DNA from: a virus
DNA: 64,000 nt
Strand: one strand, 5' to 3'
Virus record (IMG/VR): IMGVR_UViG_3300029448_000003
Coordinates: 1-64,000 of that record
Part shown: in pieces, positions 49,787 through 57,315 of the stretch
Numbering within the stretch: the stretch's first letter is position 1
Layout of the letters: each line of letters starts with the position of its first letter
Program-made: the position numbers and the translations under genes
Notes under the pieces: generated by a model
Database searches by the model: none
Told to the model about the DNA's origin: nothing
The model's input: the letters and a program-made list of their open reading frames with translations, nothing else

Positions 49787-50008
49787 CTAGCCTGCAAAGT
49801 GCCTTAACTTTGGGTTGGACACCTTTCTTTCAAAGGCTACAGTAAATTTCCCAAAGTGAAATTGTCTAAAGGTGTCACCTACATTGGTAGTAAACCAACC
49901 CCTAGATGTATGTTTACGTTTACGAGCAAAACCTTTTTGCCCTAATAAGTTAAAACGAAAACCTTTAGTGCCATCATTCAATGACTTTGTTGCTAAAATT
50001 AAAAACAT
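49787..50008 (-). CDS. Hypothetical protein
   Basis: 73 aa, LNDGTKGFRFN; AAAGGA RBS. Confidence 0.65.
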   Translation of the reverse strand: MFLILATKSLNDGTKGFRFNLLGQKGFARKRKHTSRGWFTTNVGDTFRQFHFGKFTVAFERKVSNPKLRHFAG

Positions 50009-50027
50009 AATGTTTTTCCTTTCTATA

Positions 50028-50050
50028 AGTGTCCTATATGGGACAGTTTA
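50028..50050. repeat. 23-bp element with TGTCC-N6-GGACA palindrome (copy 1)
   Basis: AGTGTCCTATATGGGACAGTTTA, identical at 51238-51260. Confidence 0.9.
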
Positions 50051-50296
50051 TTGTGTAACATTATTGTTACTCAATTTCTTTTTCAGTAACTTCATTGCAG
50101 TTACTAATAGTTTGTGACTATCTTCTCCACCATATCCACCATAGCTTGTGTTACCATGCCATATGTAATGTGTTGTTTCATCACCCCAATGCTCATAATT
50201 ACCTATGTAACCCTTAGAATACTCGTCACCTAGTAATTCCATTACTATTTCAAGTGCTTGTTTGTTTGTATCTTCCACAATAAAACGTTTCAGCAT
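50048..50296 (-). CDS. Hypothetical early protein
   Basis: 82 aa with RBS; flanked by hairpin and palindrome. Confidence 0.65.
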   Translation of the reverse strand: MLKRFIVEDTNKQALEIVMELLGDEYSKGYIGNYEHWGDETTHYIWHGNTSYGGYGGEDSHKLLVTAMKLLKKKLSNNNVTQ

Positions 50297-50315
50297 TTTG
50301 TTTTCCTTTCTGTTA

Positions 50316-50362
50316 ATAGTTATATGTTACTTTTATATACATTTCAAGTAACATCTAACTAT
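50316..50362 (-). promoter_or_regulatory. Conserved-loop hairpin H1 overlapping TTGAAA-N17-TATAAC promoter
   Basis: 17-bp stem (1 mismatch) closing loop GAAATGTATATAA. Confidence 0.75.
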
Positions 50363-50371
50363 ATTTTATTT

Positions 50372-51013
50372 TTAGTGTTGCAAATATGCAACATCTTTTA
50401 CGTTACTATCCCAACACATACGGCAATCAAGGCACTTGTTGCCTTGCTTTGAGCTAGGACACATTTTGTCTACAACTAAATCCTCGCTAGTCACGACTGT
50501 ACTACTGTGCTTGTGGAACTTATGTGGTAAACCATTAATCATGGTTGCACTAATTCTAACCACAAGATTGCTAGGAAAATCCCCAAACAATTTCTTGTAC
50601 TCTTGCACTATGCTCACCTCTCGTGTGGGCAGCCAATGCCTAACACTAGGTGTATGTTTAGCAATCGTAACAATCATAGTTAAGTGTTCAATGCTTTGCA
50701 AGTCACCACTATCGTGCCACCTAAAGACCTTAGTCTTTGCACAATAGTGCAAGATAAGAAATACCATAGCATCAACCCATTTAGGGTTGTTCATTAGCTT
50801 GTCCATTCTCCTATCCAATGCTTCTTGTACATTGGGGAATGTGTACCTACCTTTGAGTGCATAGCAATCAGCACAAGTAGACATCAAAACTTTACGAAGT
50901 TTACTGCCTACTTTGCATTTAAATGCACTCAATGAATAGCCAAAAGATGGCATCTTAGATGGCTTGGATAAGCCACCTACCTCACTCCATGCTTCTTTAA
51001 CTGTGTTAAACAT
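50372..51013 (-). CDS. GP88-family Cys-rich protein
   Basis: SKMP, C..CYA, FRWHDSGD, HWLPTRE, CP...C..C..CW. Confidence 0.75.
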   Translation of the reverse strand: MFNTVKEAWSEVGGLSKPSKMPSFGYSLSAFKCKVGSKLRKVLMSTCADCYALKGRYTFPNVQEALDRRMDKLMNNPKWVDAMVFLILHYCAKTKVFRWHDSGDLQSIEHLTMIVTIAKHTPSVRHWLPTREVSIVQEYKKLFGDFPSNLVVRISATMINGLPHKFHKHSSTVVTSEDLVVDKMCPSSKQGNKCLDCRMCWDSNVKDVAYLQH

Positions 51014-51018
51014 TATAC

Positions 51019-51213
51019 TTACTCTCCAAAAGTTTCGTTCCATTCGTGTGCAGGAATGCCACTCTTAATGAACTCACGTTCATCCTCCGACAAGTTCGGC
51101 ATAGCATTCTGTATGAGTTCTCCCCCATACCACGCATCAATCTGTGATTGAGTAACGTCAATATCCATTGTGTTTGTTTCACCACTAAATGGTGATGTCT
51201 TTGTTATTATCAT
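51019..51213 (-). CDS. Conserved phage hypothetical protein
   Basis: LIQNAMPNLS.DEREFIKSG. Confidence 0.7.
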   Translation of the reverse strand: MIITKTSPFSGETNTMDIDVTQSQIDAWYGGELIQNAMPNLSEDEREFIKSGIPAHEWNETFGE

Positions 51214-51237
51214 ATTTAACTCCTTTAGTTAAATGTT

Positions 51238-51260
51238 AGTGTCCTATATGGGACAGTTTA
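51238..51260. repeat. 23-bp palindromic element (copy 2)
   Basis: Identical to 50028-50050. Confidence 0.9.
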
Positions 51261-51566
51261 AGTTAGCTTTATTAATAAGAGTGCTAACTCTTCAGTTGGT
51301 AGGTATCCCTTTACCCCACCTTCAAAAGTGCCATCATCTACATAGTTATAATCACTATCTAGAATTGCGACCTCTACTCGTTCTGCGTAGTCACCATACC
51401 TACCACCTATACTATCATAAGGTGCATTCTTATCGTTCTGAACGATAGATATGTAACGATTACCTTTAATAGGTAATACGATTTGATTTGCAGTTTCATC
51501 TCCAAAGTTTTTCTGAAACTTTTTGTTAATTAAATCAGCGAAAGTATAATCCATTTTCATTTTCAA
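51258..51566 (-). CDS. Hypothetical early protein
   Basis: 102 aa; ISIVQ...YG...EVAIL; flanked by hairpin and palindrome. Confidence 0.65.
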   Translation of the reverse strand: MKMKMDYTFADLINKKFQKNFGDETANQIVLPIKGNRYISIVQNDKNAPYDSIGGRYGDYAERVEVAILDSDYNYVDDGTFEGGVKGYLPTEELALLLIKLT

Positions 51567-51576
51567 ACTCCTTATA

Positions 51577-51640
51577 AGTTACATATAAATAAATAAAACA
51601 CTTTTATATACATTTCAAGTGTTTTATTTATTATGTAACT
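51577..51640 (-). promoter_or_regulatory. Conserved-loop hairpin H2
   Basis: 24-bp stem with 3-nt bulge; loop identical to H1. Confidence 0.75.
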
Positions 51641-51642
51641 AA

Positions 51643-51831
51643 TTACTTCTTACACAACGGAATGGCAAGAACACAAACCATACCAAACACTATTAACATA
51701 GTGCCAATTATGGTCAATATCATAGGCTGTACGTTTACATTCCATGCTACATCTATGGATAAACATACAAGTGAAATAGTACCAAGTACTATTGTAAAAT
51801 TACAGATAAAGTTATGTATAATGTTATACAT
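51643..51831 (-). CDS. Two-TM small membrane protein
   Basis: 62 aa hydrophobic. Confidence 0.6.
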   Translation of the reverse strand: MYNIIHNFICNFTIVLGTISLVCLSIDVAWNVNVQPMILTIIGTMLIVFGMVCVLAIPLCKK

Positions 51832-52112
51832 TATAAAGTCTCCAAAAAGTTTGTAAGAATGTTAATACATTCTTCTGTTTCAGTTGGTTGTGTAAACAAC
51901 CCTTTGCTCCCATGACTATACAAAGCCATAGGCTTCATGTCAACGTTCATCTCTTCCTTCTCATATTCCGAAGGAAAGCTAGATGTTACACTAGATGGGT
52001 AATCTAGATTAAAGTTACGATTGCCCTTCTTGGAACAAGAAGTCTTACCCCATCTACGATTGTAAAACAATCTAGGGTCAGGTGGACACTTAGTTACAGA
52101 TACATGAGTCAT
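51831..52112 (-). CDS. Hypothetical early protein
   Basis: 93 aa, AAGGAG RBS. Confidence 0.6.
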   Translation of the reverse strand: MTHVSVTKCPPDPRLFYNRRWGKTSCSKKGNRNFNLDYPSSVTSSFPSEYEKEEMNVDMKPMALYSHGSKGLFTQPTETEECINILTNFLETL

Positions 52113-52139
52113 ATAAAATCTCCTTTTGAGAAAGTAGCG

Positions 52140-52772
52140 TTAAGCTACTTCCTCAGATGTTAACATTTTGATTTGCTCTATAAGAGCATTGATAAGTTCC
52201 TTGTGAGGAACTTGGTGAGTATCAGCTTGAACTAGCATTTCCAATGCTATGTCATCTGCTGATAGTTTCTTCTTAGAAACTTGAAACTGTCCAATATGGG
52301 ACACTTCAGATGATTTATCATCTGTTGTTTCAGTTGTTTTAGATGCTTTAGCATCTGTCTTAGGCTTGTCAGCTTTAGCTGATTCCGTGTCTACTTGCTC
52401 TTGGCTTGGCAAGGTATCTTTGTAATGTTTTCTCATTGCATTTTGCAATGAACCAATATTAGTTCCTTTGAAACCAACCTTCTTAATGAAGGTAGACACA
52501 GTTTCACTGTGTTCAATAAGCCATTCAGATTCAGACGTTCTACGTCTGTCAATAGGTGGAAAGTTGTATTTATCCTTTATCGTTTTACTTAAAACGGATA
52601 CATTTTCAACAGCCTTAATCTGTTTGATTAAGTTTCCAATTCTGTAGTCCAATCCACCATCCTTAATGGATTTAGCAAAACTTCTTTGTTCTGTTTTGAC
52701 GGCTTTCGTCAGAGCTTGTCCTTCATTCTGAAGGGAAGAGATTTGTGATTTGTTGTTTTCGATTTTTGTCAT
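52140..52772 (-). CDS. First early protein (hypothetical)
   Basis: 210 aa, IDRRRTSE..W; first minus-strand gene after strand switch. Confidence 0.7.
   Translation of the reverse strand: MTKIENNKSQISSLQNEGQALTKAVKTEQRSFAKSIKDGGLDYRIGNLIKQIKAVENVSVLSKTIKDKYNFPPIDRRRTSESEWLIEHSETVSTFIKKVGFKGTNIGSLQNAMRKHYKDTLPSQEQVDTESAKADKPKTDAKASKTTETTDDKSSEVSHIGQFQVSKKKLSADDIALEMLVQADTHQVPHKELINALIEQIKMLTSEEVA
52288..52303. repeat. Palindromic element copy 3 (inverted, intragenic)
   Basis: AAAC-TGTCCAATATGGGACA-CT. Confidence 0.75.
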
Positions 52773-52779
52773 GTTAATT

Positions 52780-52839
52780 ACTCCATATATTTTTAAACAC
52801 TTCTCATAAACATTCGAAGTGCTTTAAAAATATTGGAGT
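52780..52839 (-). promoter_or_regulatory. Hairpin H3 sequestering the RBS of the 52772 gene
   Basis: About 22-bp stem including GGAG/CTCC; loop CGAATGTTTATGAG closed by ACTT/AAGT. Confidence 0.7.
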
Positions 52840-52860
52840 TATAATGCTGTTGGTTTTTGG

Positions 52861-52876
52861 TGTCCCATATCGGACA
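52861..52876. repeat. Palindromic element copy 4
   Basis: G-TGTCCCATATCGGACA-GTTT. Confidence 0.75.
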
Positions 52877-52969
52877 GTTTTGTACTCCAACGTAGTTGGG
52901 AACGTCATTTCCTCATAATCATCACTATGTGATGGCATAGGTGACGGCAACTGTGCTTCTTTGCGTGTG

Positions 52970-53055
52970 TCCGGGCATAATGCCTGCCCAAGCGAGAGGG
53001 TAGGGCGAGGGACACCCCCCTGTGGGGGGGTATTGTGTATGAATATATACACAGA
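52970..53055. other. GC-rich G-run/hairpin block at strand switch; candidate genome terminus/packaging site
   Basis: GGGTAGGGCGAGGGACACCCCCCTGTGGGGGGG followed by TGTGTAT-N6-ATACACA. Confidence 0.5.
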
Positions 53056-53144
53056 TTAGGAATAAGGTTGGTAACCACTTACAGAATAAGCGTATACTGT
53101 TGCAAAAGTATCACACCTTTGTACATATTTTTACACAAAGGGGG

Positions 53145-53173
53145 TTGACATAAATATAAAAGTTTGGTATAAT
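53145..53173 (+). promoter_or_regulatory. Consensus sigma70 promoter
   Basis: TTGACA-N17-TATAAT with extended TGn. Confidence 0.9.
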
Positions 53174-53290
53174 TACTACATTAAAGTGTTACACTAAATA
53201 AATAAAGAAACAGTTAGAAGTGTAACATATAAGAAGTATTAGATTTTCTTTTTAACTCATTAATATGATACTTCTGTACTAAAATAATTC

Positions 53291-53319
53291 TTGACAATGA
53301 CTAAAAAATCCGTAAAACT
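53291..53319 (+). promoter_or_regulatory. Second promoter-like motif matching the capsid promoter
   Basis: CTTGACAA-N14-GTAAAACTAA. Confidence 0.5.
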
Positions 53320-53506
53320 AAACTATGACGATAATATTCTTCATAAAACTTATAACTCTGTGCTAAAACATGGAGACCTACGTGCTGTACATATACCACA
53401 TTCATCTGTACATTACATTAGAGCACTCATAGAACGTGATACAGGAGTGCGTTATTCTCTATCTCATGTAGAGAATGCCATGAAAGCCGAAGGCTGGACA
53501 GAATAA
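53297..53506 (+). CDS. Conserved hypothetical protein
   Basis: HIPHSSVHYIRALIE..TG..YSL.HVE.AM..EG. Confidence 0.65.
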   Translation: MTKKSVKLNYDDNILHKTYNSVLKHGDLRAVHIPHSSVHYIRALIERDTGVRYSLSHVENAMKAEGWTE

Positions 53507-53520
53507 GGGAGACCCAAACG

Positions 53521-54201
53521 ATGGCATTTATAAAATTACTAACAAAGGCTGCAAAAAAAGGTGTTAAATCAGCCACTAAAAAAGAAGCAGCTAAAGTAGC
53601 AAATAGATTACAGAAAACTACAAGCTCTGTCGCAGCATCAAAAGGTGTTAAAAGTATGCAAAAGACACTTACGATGGCATTTATAAATAAACAACCACCT
53701 GCTGTAAGAAAAGAACTTATGAAAAGAAGAAAAAAGTTTCTTGCTGATAGAGCAGCTGCAGCAGAAAGCAGAAAAAAAGTTATAGCTAATGCTAAAGCCA
53801 CTGGTAAAAAACTACCTAAATTAAAAGGCAGAGGTATGTCCTTTGAATCTGTTCCAACTAAAAGAGACAAAAGAATAGAAGGTTCAGGTTCACAATCATC
53901 TAGACCTCCGGGTTCTAAGGGTAAAGCTAGTGTAAAATCTGACTCACCTAGAGGAAGTGTAGCAGGTCTGTCAATGGCTGATGCAAGAAAAGCACAGGCT
54001 CGTAAAAATAAACCGGGTAACATTAAAAGTAAAACAGTAGCGACAGCACGAAAATACGATGACTTAATGGTTGGAGTAAAGCGAAGAGCAGTTGCTGCAT
54101 TACGTGCAGGTGACAGAGACAAAGCAAGAAAGATACTTTCAGGCACTGGAATATCAGTTAGTGATTTTATATCCGTAATAAGGCAAAGGGGGAAAATGTA
54201 A
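53521..54201 (+). CDS. Highly basic K/A/S-rich protein
   Basis: 226 aa; MAFI motif repeated at DNA level (CGATGGCATTTATAAA twice). Confidence 0.7.
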   Translation: MAFIKLLTKAAKKGVKSATKKEAAKVANRLQKTTSSVAASKGVKSMQKTLTMAFINKQPPAVRKELMKRRKKFLADRAAAAESRKKVIANAKATGKKLPKLKGRGMSFESVPTKRDKRIEGSGSQSSRPPGSKGKASVKSDSPRGSVAGLSMADARKAQARKNKPGNIKSKTVATARKYDDLMVGVKRRAVAALRAGDRDKARKILSGTGISVSDFISVIRQRGKM

Positions 54202-54608
54202 TGCCACATAAAAAAGGACACACAAAAATAACAAAAAGCGACATGATGAATAAAAAAATTTTAGATAAGATGAATCCTGATATGATTATGAAATATCTTG
54301 TAAAGTTTGGACTCATAGACCCTAAAAAAGATTTTAAGTATGGTGGAAGTGTACAGAAAAAAGCACCTGTTAAATCCGTAACCTACAAAAGGGGTGGAGT
54401 AGTAAAAGCTAAAGATGGTATTTTAATTAATAAACAAACCGATAAAAAAATTGATAGGGGTTTAAAACTTGCGGCACTAAAGAAAAATAGTGACTTAGCA
54501 AAAAGTTCATTAAAAAAACTTCAGTCTAAAAATTTAGTGAAGAATAAAAAGTTATCATCAAATAAAAGTATGCCAATAAAAAAAGGAAGAATGGGCAGAA
54601 AAAAATAA
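54201..54608 (+). CDS. Basic protein with xxGG motifs
   Basis: FKYGGSV, YKRGGVVKAKDG. Confidence 0.7.
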   Translation: MPHKKGHTKITKSDMMNKKILDKMNPDMIMKYLVKFGLIDPKKDFKYGGSVQKKAPVKSVTYKRGGVVKAKDGILINKQTDKKIDRGLKLAALKKNSDLAKSSLKKLQSKNLVKNKKLSSNKSMPIKKGRMGRKK

Positions 54609-54754
54609 TGAGACTGACTGTTACTCGTATAACTCCTTTAACAAAAACAAAAGCGAGACAGCTATGGCTTATCAATAAAAATAAAAAGAAGAAAAAAAAG
54701 CCAGCGAATAAAAAAGCTGTAAATAAAAAAAAGATACGTAATGTAGGTAGTTAA
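54608..54754 (+). CDS. 48-aa Lys-rich peptide
   Basis: Read manually; TAATG coupling. Confidence 0.55.
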   Translation: MRLTVTRITPLTKTKARQLWLINKNKKKKKKPANKKAVNKKKIRNVGS

Positions 54755-54931
54755 ATGTTAAAACGAAAACCAAAAAAAGCAAAGAAAAAAACTGTCAATG
54801 AAATAATGGATATATTAAACAATCCAAATAAATATTCAAAGGCAGTTTACCAATCGGCTATTCGTTCTTTTGGAACTATGCAAAGAAAAACTTTTGCCAA
54901 CAAAGGAAAATTAATTAGGAAAAAGAAGTAA
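54755..54931 (+). CDS. 58-aa Lys-rich peptide
   Basis: Read manually: MLKRKPKKAKKKTVNEIMDIL...FANKGKLIRKKK. Confidence 0.55.
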   Translation: MLKRKPKKAKKKTVNEIMDILNNPNKYSKAVYQSAIRSFGTMQRKTFANKGKLIRKKK

Positions 54932-54975
54932 CTACAGGAGACTGGTTAAACTAAATATAGAAAGACACCCCAACC

Positions 54976-55467
54976 ATGATTGACCCCATTACAGCATTGA
55001 CAGCTGCTAGTTCTGCTTACAGTCTTATTAAAAAAGGTTTTGCCGCAGGTCGTGAGATTGAATCTATGACAGGCGATTTAGCAAAATGGATGGGTGCTAT
55101 TTCAGACATTAAGCATGTCGAAAAGCAAGCTAAGAACCCACCACTATTTAAAAAACTCTTTAGTGGTTCTTCTGTAGAACAGGAAGCTATGGATGCTTTT
55201 GCTGCAAAGAAAAAAGCAGAAGCAATGGAAGAAGAGTTACGTAACTGGATTAACTTAACACATGGACCTAATGCATGGTCTGACCTTTTAAAGATGCAGG
55301 CTAAGATTAGGAAGGATAGACAAGAGCAAATATATGCTCAACAGGAAGCTAGAAAAAAAGTTATGAATGTTATAGGTATTGTATTGGCTTCTATCGTATT
55401 AGCCGTGGCTGTTTCTATTTTATTCTATGTTATAGTGACAGGAGTACAAGCAGACCCTAAAGTGTGA
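54976..55467 (+). CDS. Conserved phage protein with C-terminal TM
   Basis: MIDPITAL...IKKG...GREIE; C-terminal TM. Confidence 0.7.
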   Translation: MIDPITALTAASSAYSLIKKGFAAGREIESMTGDLAKWMGAISDIKHVEKQAKNPPLFKKLFSGSSVEQEAMDAFAAKKKAEAMEEELRNWINLTHGPNAWSDLLKMQAKIRKDRQEQIYAQQEARKKVMNVIGIVLASIVLAVAVSILFYVIVTGVQADPKV

Positions 55468-55471
55468 TAAA

Positions 55472-55654
55472 ATGTTATGGATGCTATTTGTAATACTAAA
55501 CGGAACGGATATACAAGAGAATGTCTACTTCAATGATTTGGATACGTGCCTTGAATATGCACAAAAAATGCAACAACAAGATTTACACCAGCGACAAGCA
55601 GGTGATAAAATTTACCTCAAGGTTTATTGCATACCTAAAAATGCAACTGATTAG
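55472..55654 (+). CDS. Small Cys-pair protein
   Basis: F..LD.C..YA...YCIP. Confidence 0.6.
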   Translation: MLWMLFVILNGTDIQENVYFNDLDTCLEYAQKMQQQDLHQRQAGDKIYLKVYCIPKNATD

Positions 55655-55669
55655 AGGAAAGAAAATAAT

Positions 55670-55879
55670 ATGTGGATTCCAGTAATAACAATACTATGGG
55701 CATTAGGTGAAAATGCTACGTGGGTAAATTTTCCAATGGTAAATTTTCCATTTACAACACAAGATAGATGTCAAGAATATGTAGCAAGGGTTAGAAGTAG
55801 TATAACTAAAGACCCTCAATATTTAGAAGGGTATAGTGTATGTGTAGAGATACCTAGTAAAAAAGGAGAAGCAACATGA
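55670..55879 (+). CDS. Small Cys-pair protein
   Basis: F.T.DRC.....G.SVCV. Confidence 0.6.
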   Translation: MWIPVITILWALGENATWVNFPMVNFPFTTQDRCQEYVARVRSSITKDPQYLEGYSVCVEIPSKKGEAT

Positions 55880-56916
55880 ATAAAATGATTTATACATTTA
55901 GTATATTTTTAACTTTAGTAGGCACTATATCTAGTGCTGTCGCAAGAGAACAAATAAGGATAGTCGGTTCTAGTACTGTTTATCCATTTTCAACAATCGT
56001 TGCAGAGAAATTTGCACAACAAGGAAATCCAGCTCCTATTGTAGAATCAACAGGTTCAGGTGGTGGAATGAAATTATTTTGTGCTGGTGTAGGTTTAGAA
56101 CATCCAGATATTACAAACGCATCAAGAGCAATTAAAGATAAAGAAGCTACAACTTGTAAGAAAAATGGTGTTGCATTTACAGAGTTTGTTGTAGGTAATG
56201 ATGGACTTGCATTTGCAAATTCAAACGAAGGACAAAAATTTAGTATTTCTATTGCACATATAGCAGCGGCACTTGCAAAAGAACTCCCTAAAGATGGGTC
56301 TATGCAAGATAATTTTTTGATGACTTGGGATGAAGTAGATGCTTATGTGCATAAACAAATGGGTCATCCGATTTTAAATTTACCAAATCAAAAGATTGCA
56401 ATTATGATACCACCACCAACCTCTGGAACAAGAGATGCAATGGGTTCTTTGTTTATGAAGAATGGTTGGAAGAAACTAGGGTTATATTCTGGTGACACGA
56501 AAGGTGGATATAAAGTATTAAGAGAAGATGGTGTTGCAATAGAGATGGGCGAAAACGATAATTTAATAGTAGAAAAATTAGTTGCAGATTCAAATTTATT
56601 TGGTGTTTTTGGTTATTCCTTTTTTGACCAAAATAGAGATAAAGTCCAATCCTCTATAATTGATAATATAGAATTAACTTTTGATAATATTGCATCATAT
56701 CAATATCCGGGTGCTAGACCATTATTCTTTTATGTAAAGAATGACCATATTTATGCAATACCAAACATGTTAAGTTATGTTGAAGAATTTGTGTCAGAGA
56801 GGGCTATGAGTATTAATGGATATTTATTTCCAGCAGGGCTTGTGCCTTTATCAAATGATGACTATGCAAAACAAGTTGATGCATTATCAACATTAAAGGA
56901 AAACAAACATGATTAA
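55876..56916 (+). CDS. pstS: Phosphate ABC transporter substrate-binding protein (auxiliary metabolic gene)
   Basis: Signal peptide; IRIVGSSTVYPF, ESTGSGGG.K.FC, DITNASR, SGTRD, END, YP.ARPLFFY. Confidence 0.93.
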   Translation: MNKMIYTFSIFLTLVGTISSAVAREQIRIVGSSTVYPFSTIVAEKFAQQGNPAPIVESTGSGGGMKLFCAGVGLEHPDITNASRAIKDKEATTCKKNGVAFTEFVVGNDGLAFANSNEGQKFSISIAHIAAALAKELPKDGSMQDNFLMTWDEVDAYVHKQMGHPILNLPNQKIAIMIPPPTSGTRDAMGSLFMKNGWKKLGLYSGDTKGGYKVLREDGVAIEMGENDNLIVEKLVADSNLFGVFGYSFFDQNRDKVQSSIIDNIELTFDNIASYQYPGARPLFFYVKNDHIYAIPNMLSYVEEFVSERAMSINGYLFPAGLVPLSNDDYAKQVDALSTLKENKHD

Positions 56917-57040
56917 TTGGGATAAAATTAAATTTGATATGTGGAATAAAAGATTTGGCGAAGGAACTAATTTTGATTTAGACTATGGTAAGTTACTTAT
57001 TATAGGTCTATTAGTGTATCACATCTTTTTTCAAGGTTAG
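56909..57040 (+). CDS. 43-aa membrane protein (B ortholog of 76..207)
   Basis: Read manually. Confidence 0.8.
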   Translation: MINWDKIKFDMWNKRFGEGTNFDLDYGKLLIIGLLVYHIFFQG

Positions 57041-57042
57041 CT

Positions 57043-57315
57043 ATGGTTTTAAAAAGACATCAAAATCCTTCTGGTGGTTTAAACGCTGCAGGTCGAGCAC
57101 ACTTTAAAAAGAAAGACGGCAGTAATCTTAAACCACCTGTAAAAGCAGGAGTTAATCCTAGAAGAGTTTCTTTTGCTGCACGATTTGCAGGTATGAAAGG
57201 ACCTATGAAAAAACCTAATGGTGAACCTACACGTAAGGCATTAGCGTTAAAAGCATGGGGTTTTCGTAATGAGCAATCAGCGAGAAATTTCGCAAACAGG
57301 CACAAAAAAACATGA
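57043..57315 (+). CDS. Basic phage protein (DUF6321-like)
   Basis: NPSGGLNAAGR...NLKPP...RR.SF.ARF.GM. Confidence 0.7.
   Translation: MVLKRHQNPSGGLNAAGRAHFKKKDGSNLKPPVKAGVNPRRVSFAARFAGMKGPMKKPNGEPTRKALALKAWGFRNEQSARNFANRHKKT

Larger units (their letters stand above)
1..56833. mobile_element. Probable complete HMO-2011-type podovirus genome (genome A), circularly permuted
   Basis: Full set of packaging, head, tail, lysis and replication genes; position 1 recurs at 56834; PolA with DnaJ-like insert; no RNAP gene seen. Confidence 0.85.

Noticed and set aside
50028-51260. CRISPR array from the 23-bp repeats
   Set aside because: Only two exact copies, 1.2 kb apart with whole genes between them; no cas operon. 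The Cas4-like gene is a normal phage exonuclease.
52804-53052. 82-aa minus-strand ORF
   Set aside because: Runs through the G-run block, palindrome and hairpin; no RBS; atypical composition.
53097-53140. Possible Pho box (CTGTTGC-AAAA-GTATCAC) upstream of the promoter of the pstS-containing operon
   Set aside because: Weak match to CTGTCAT repeats, and the promoter already has a perfect -35; needs a PWM scan.
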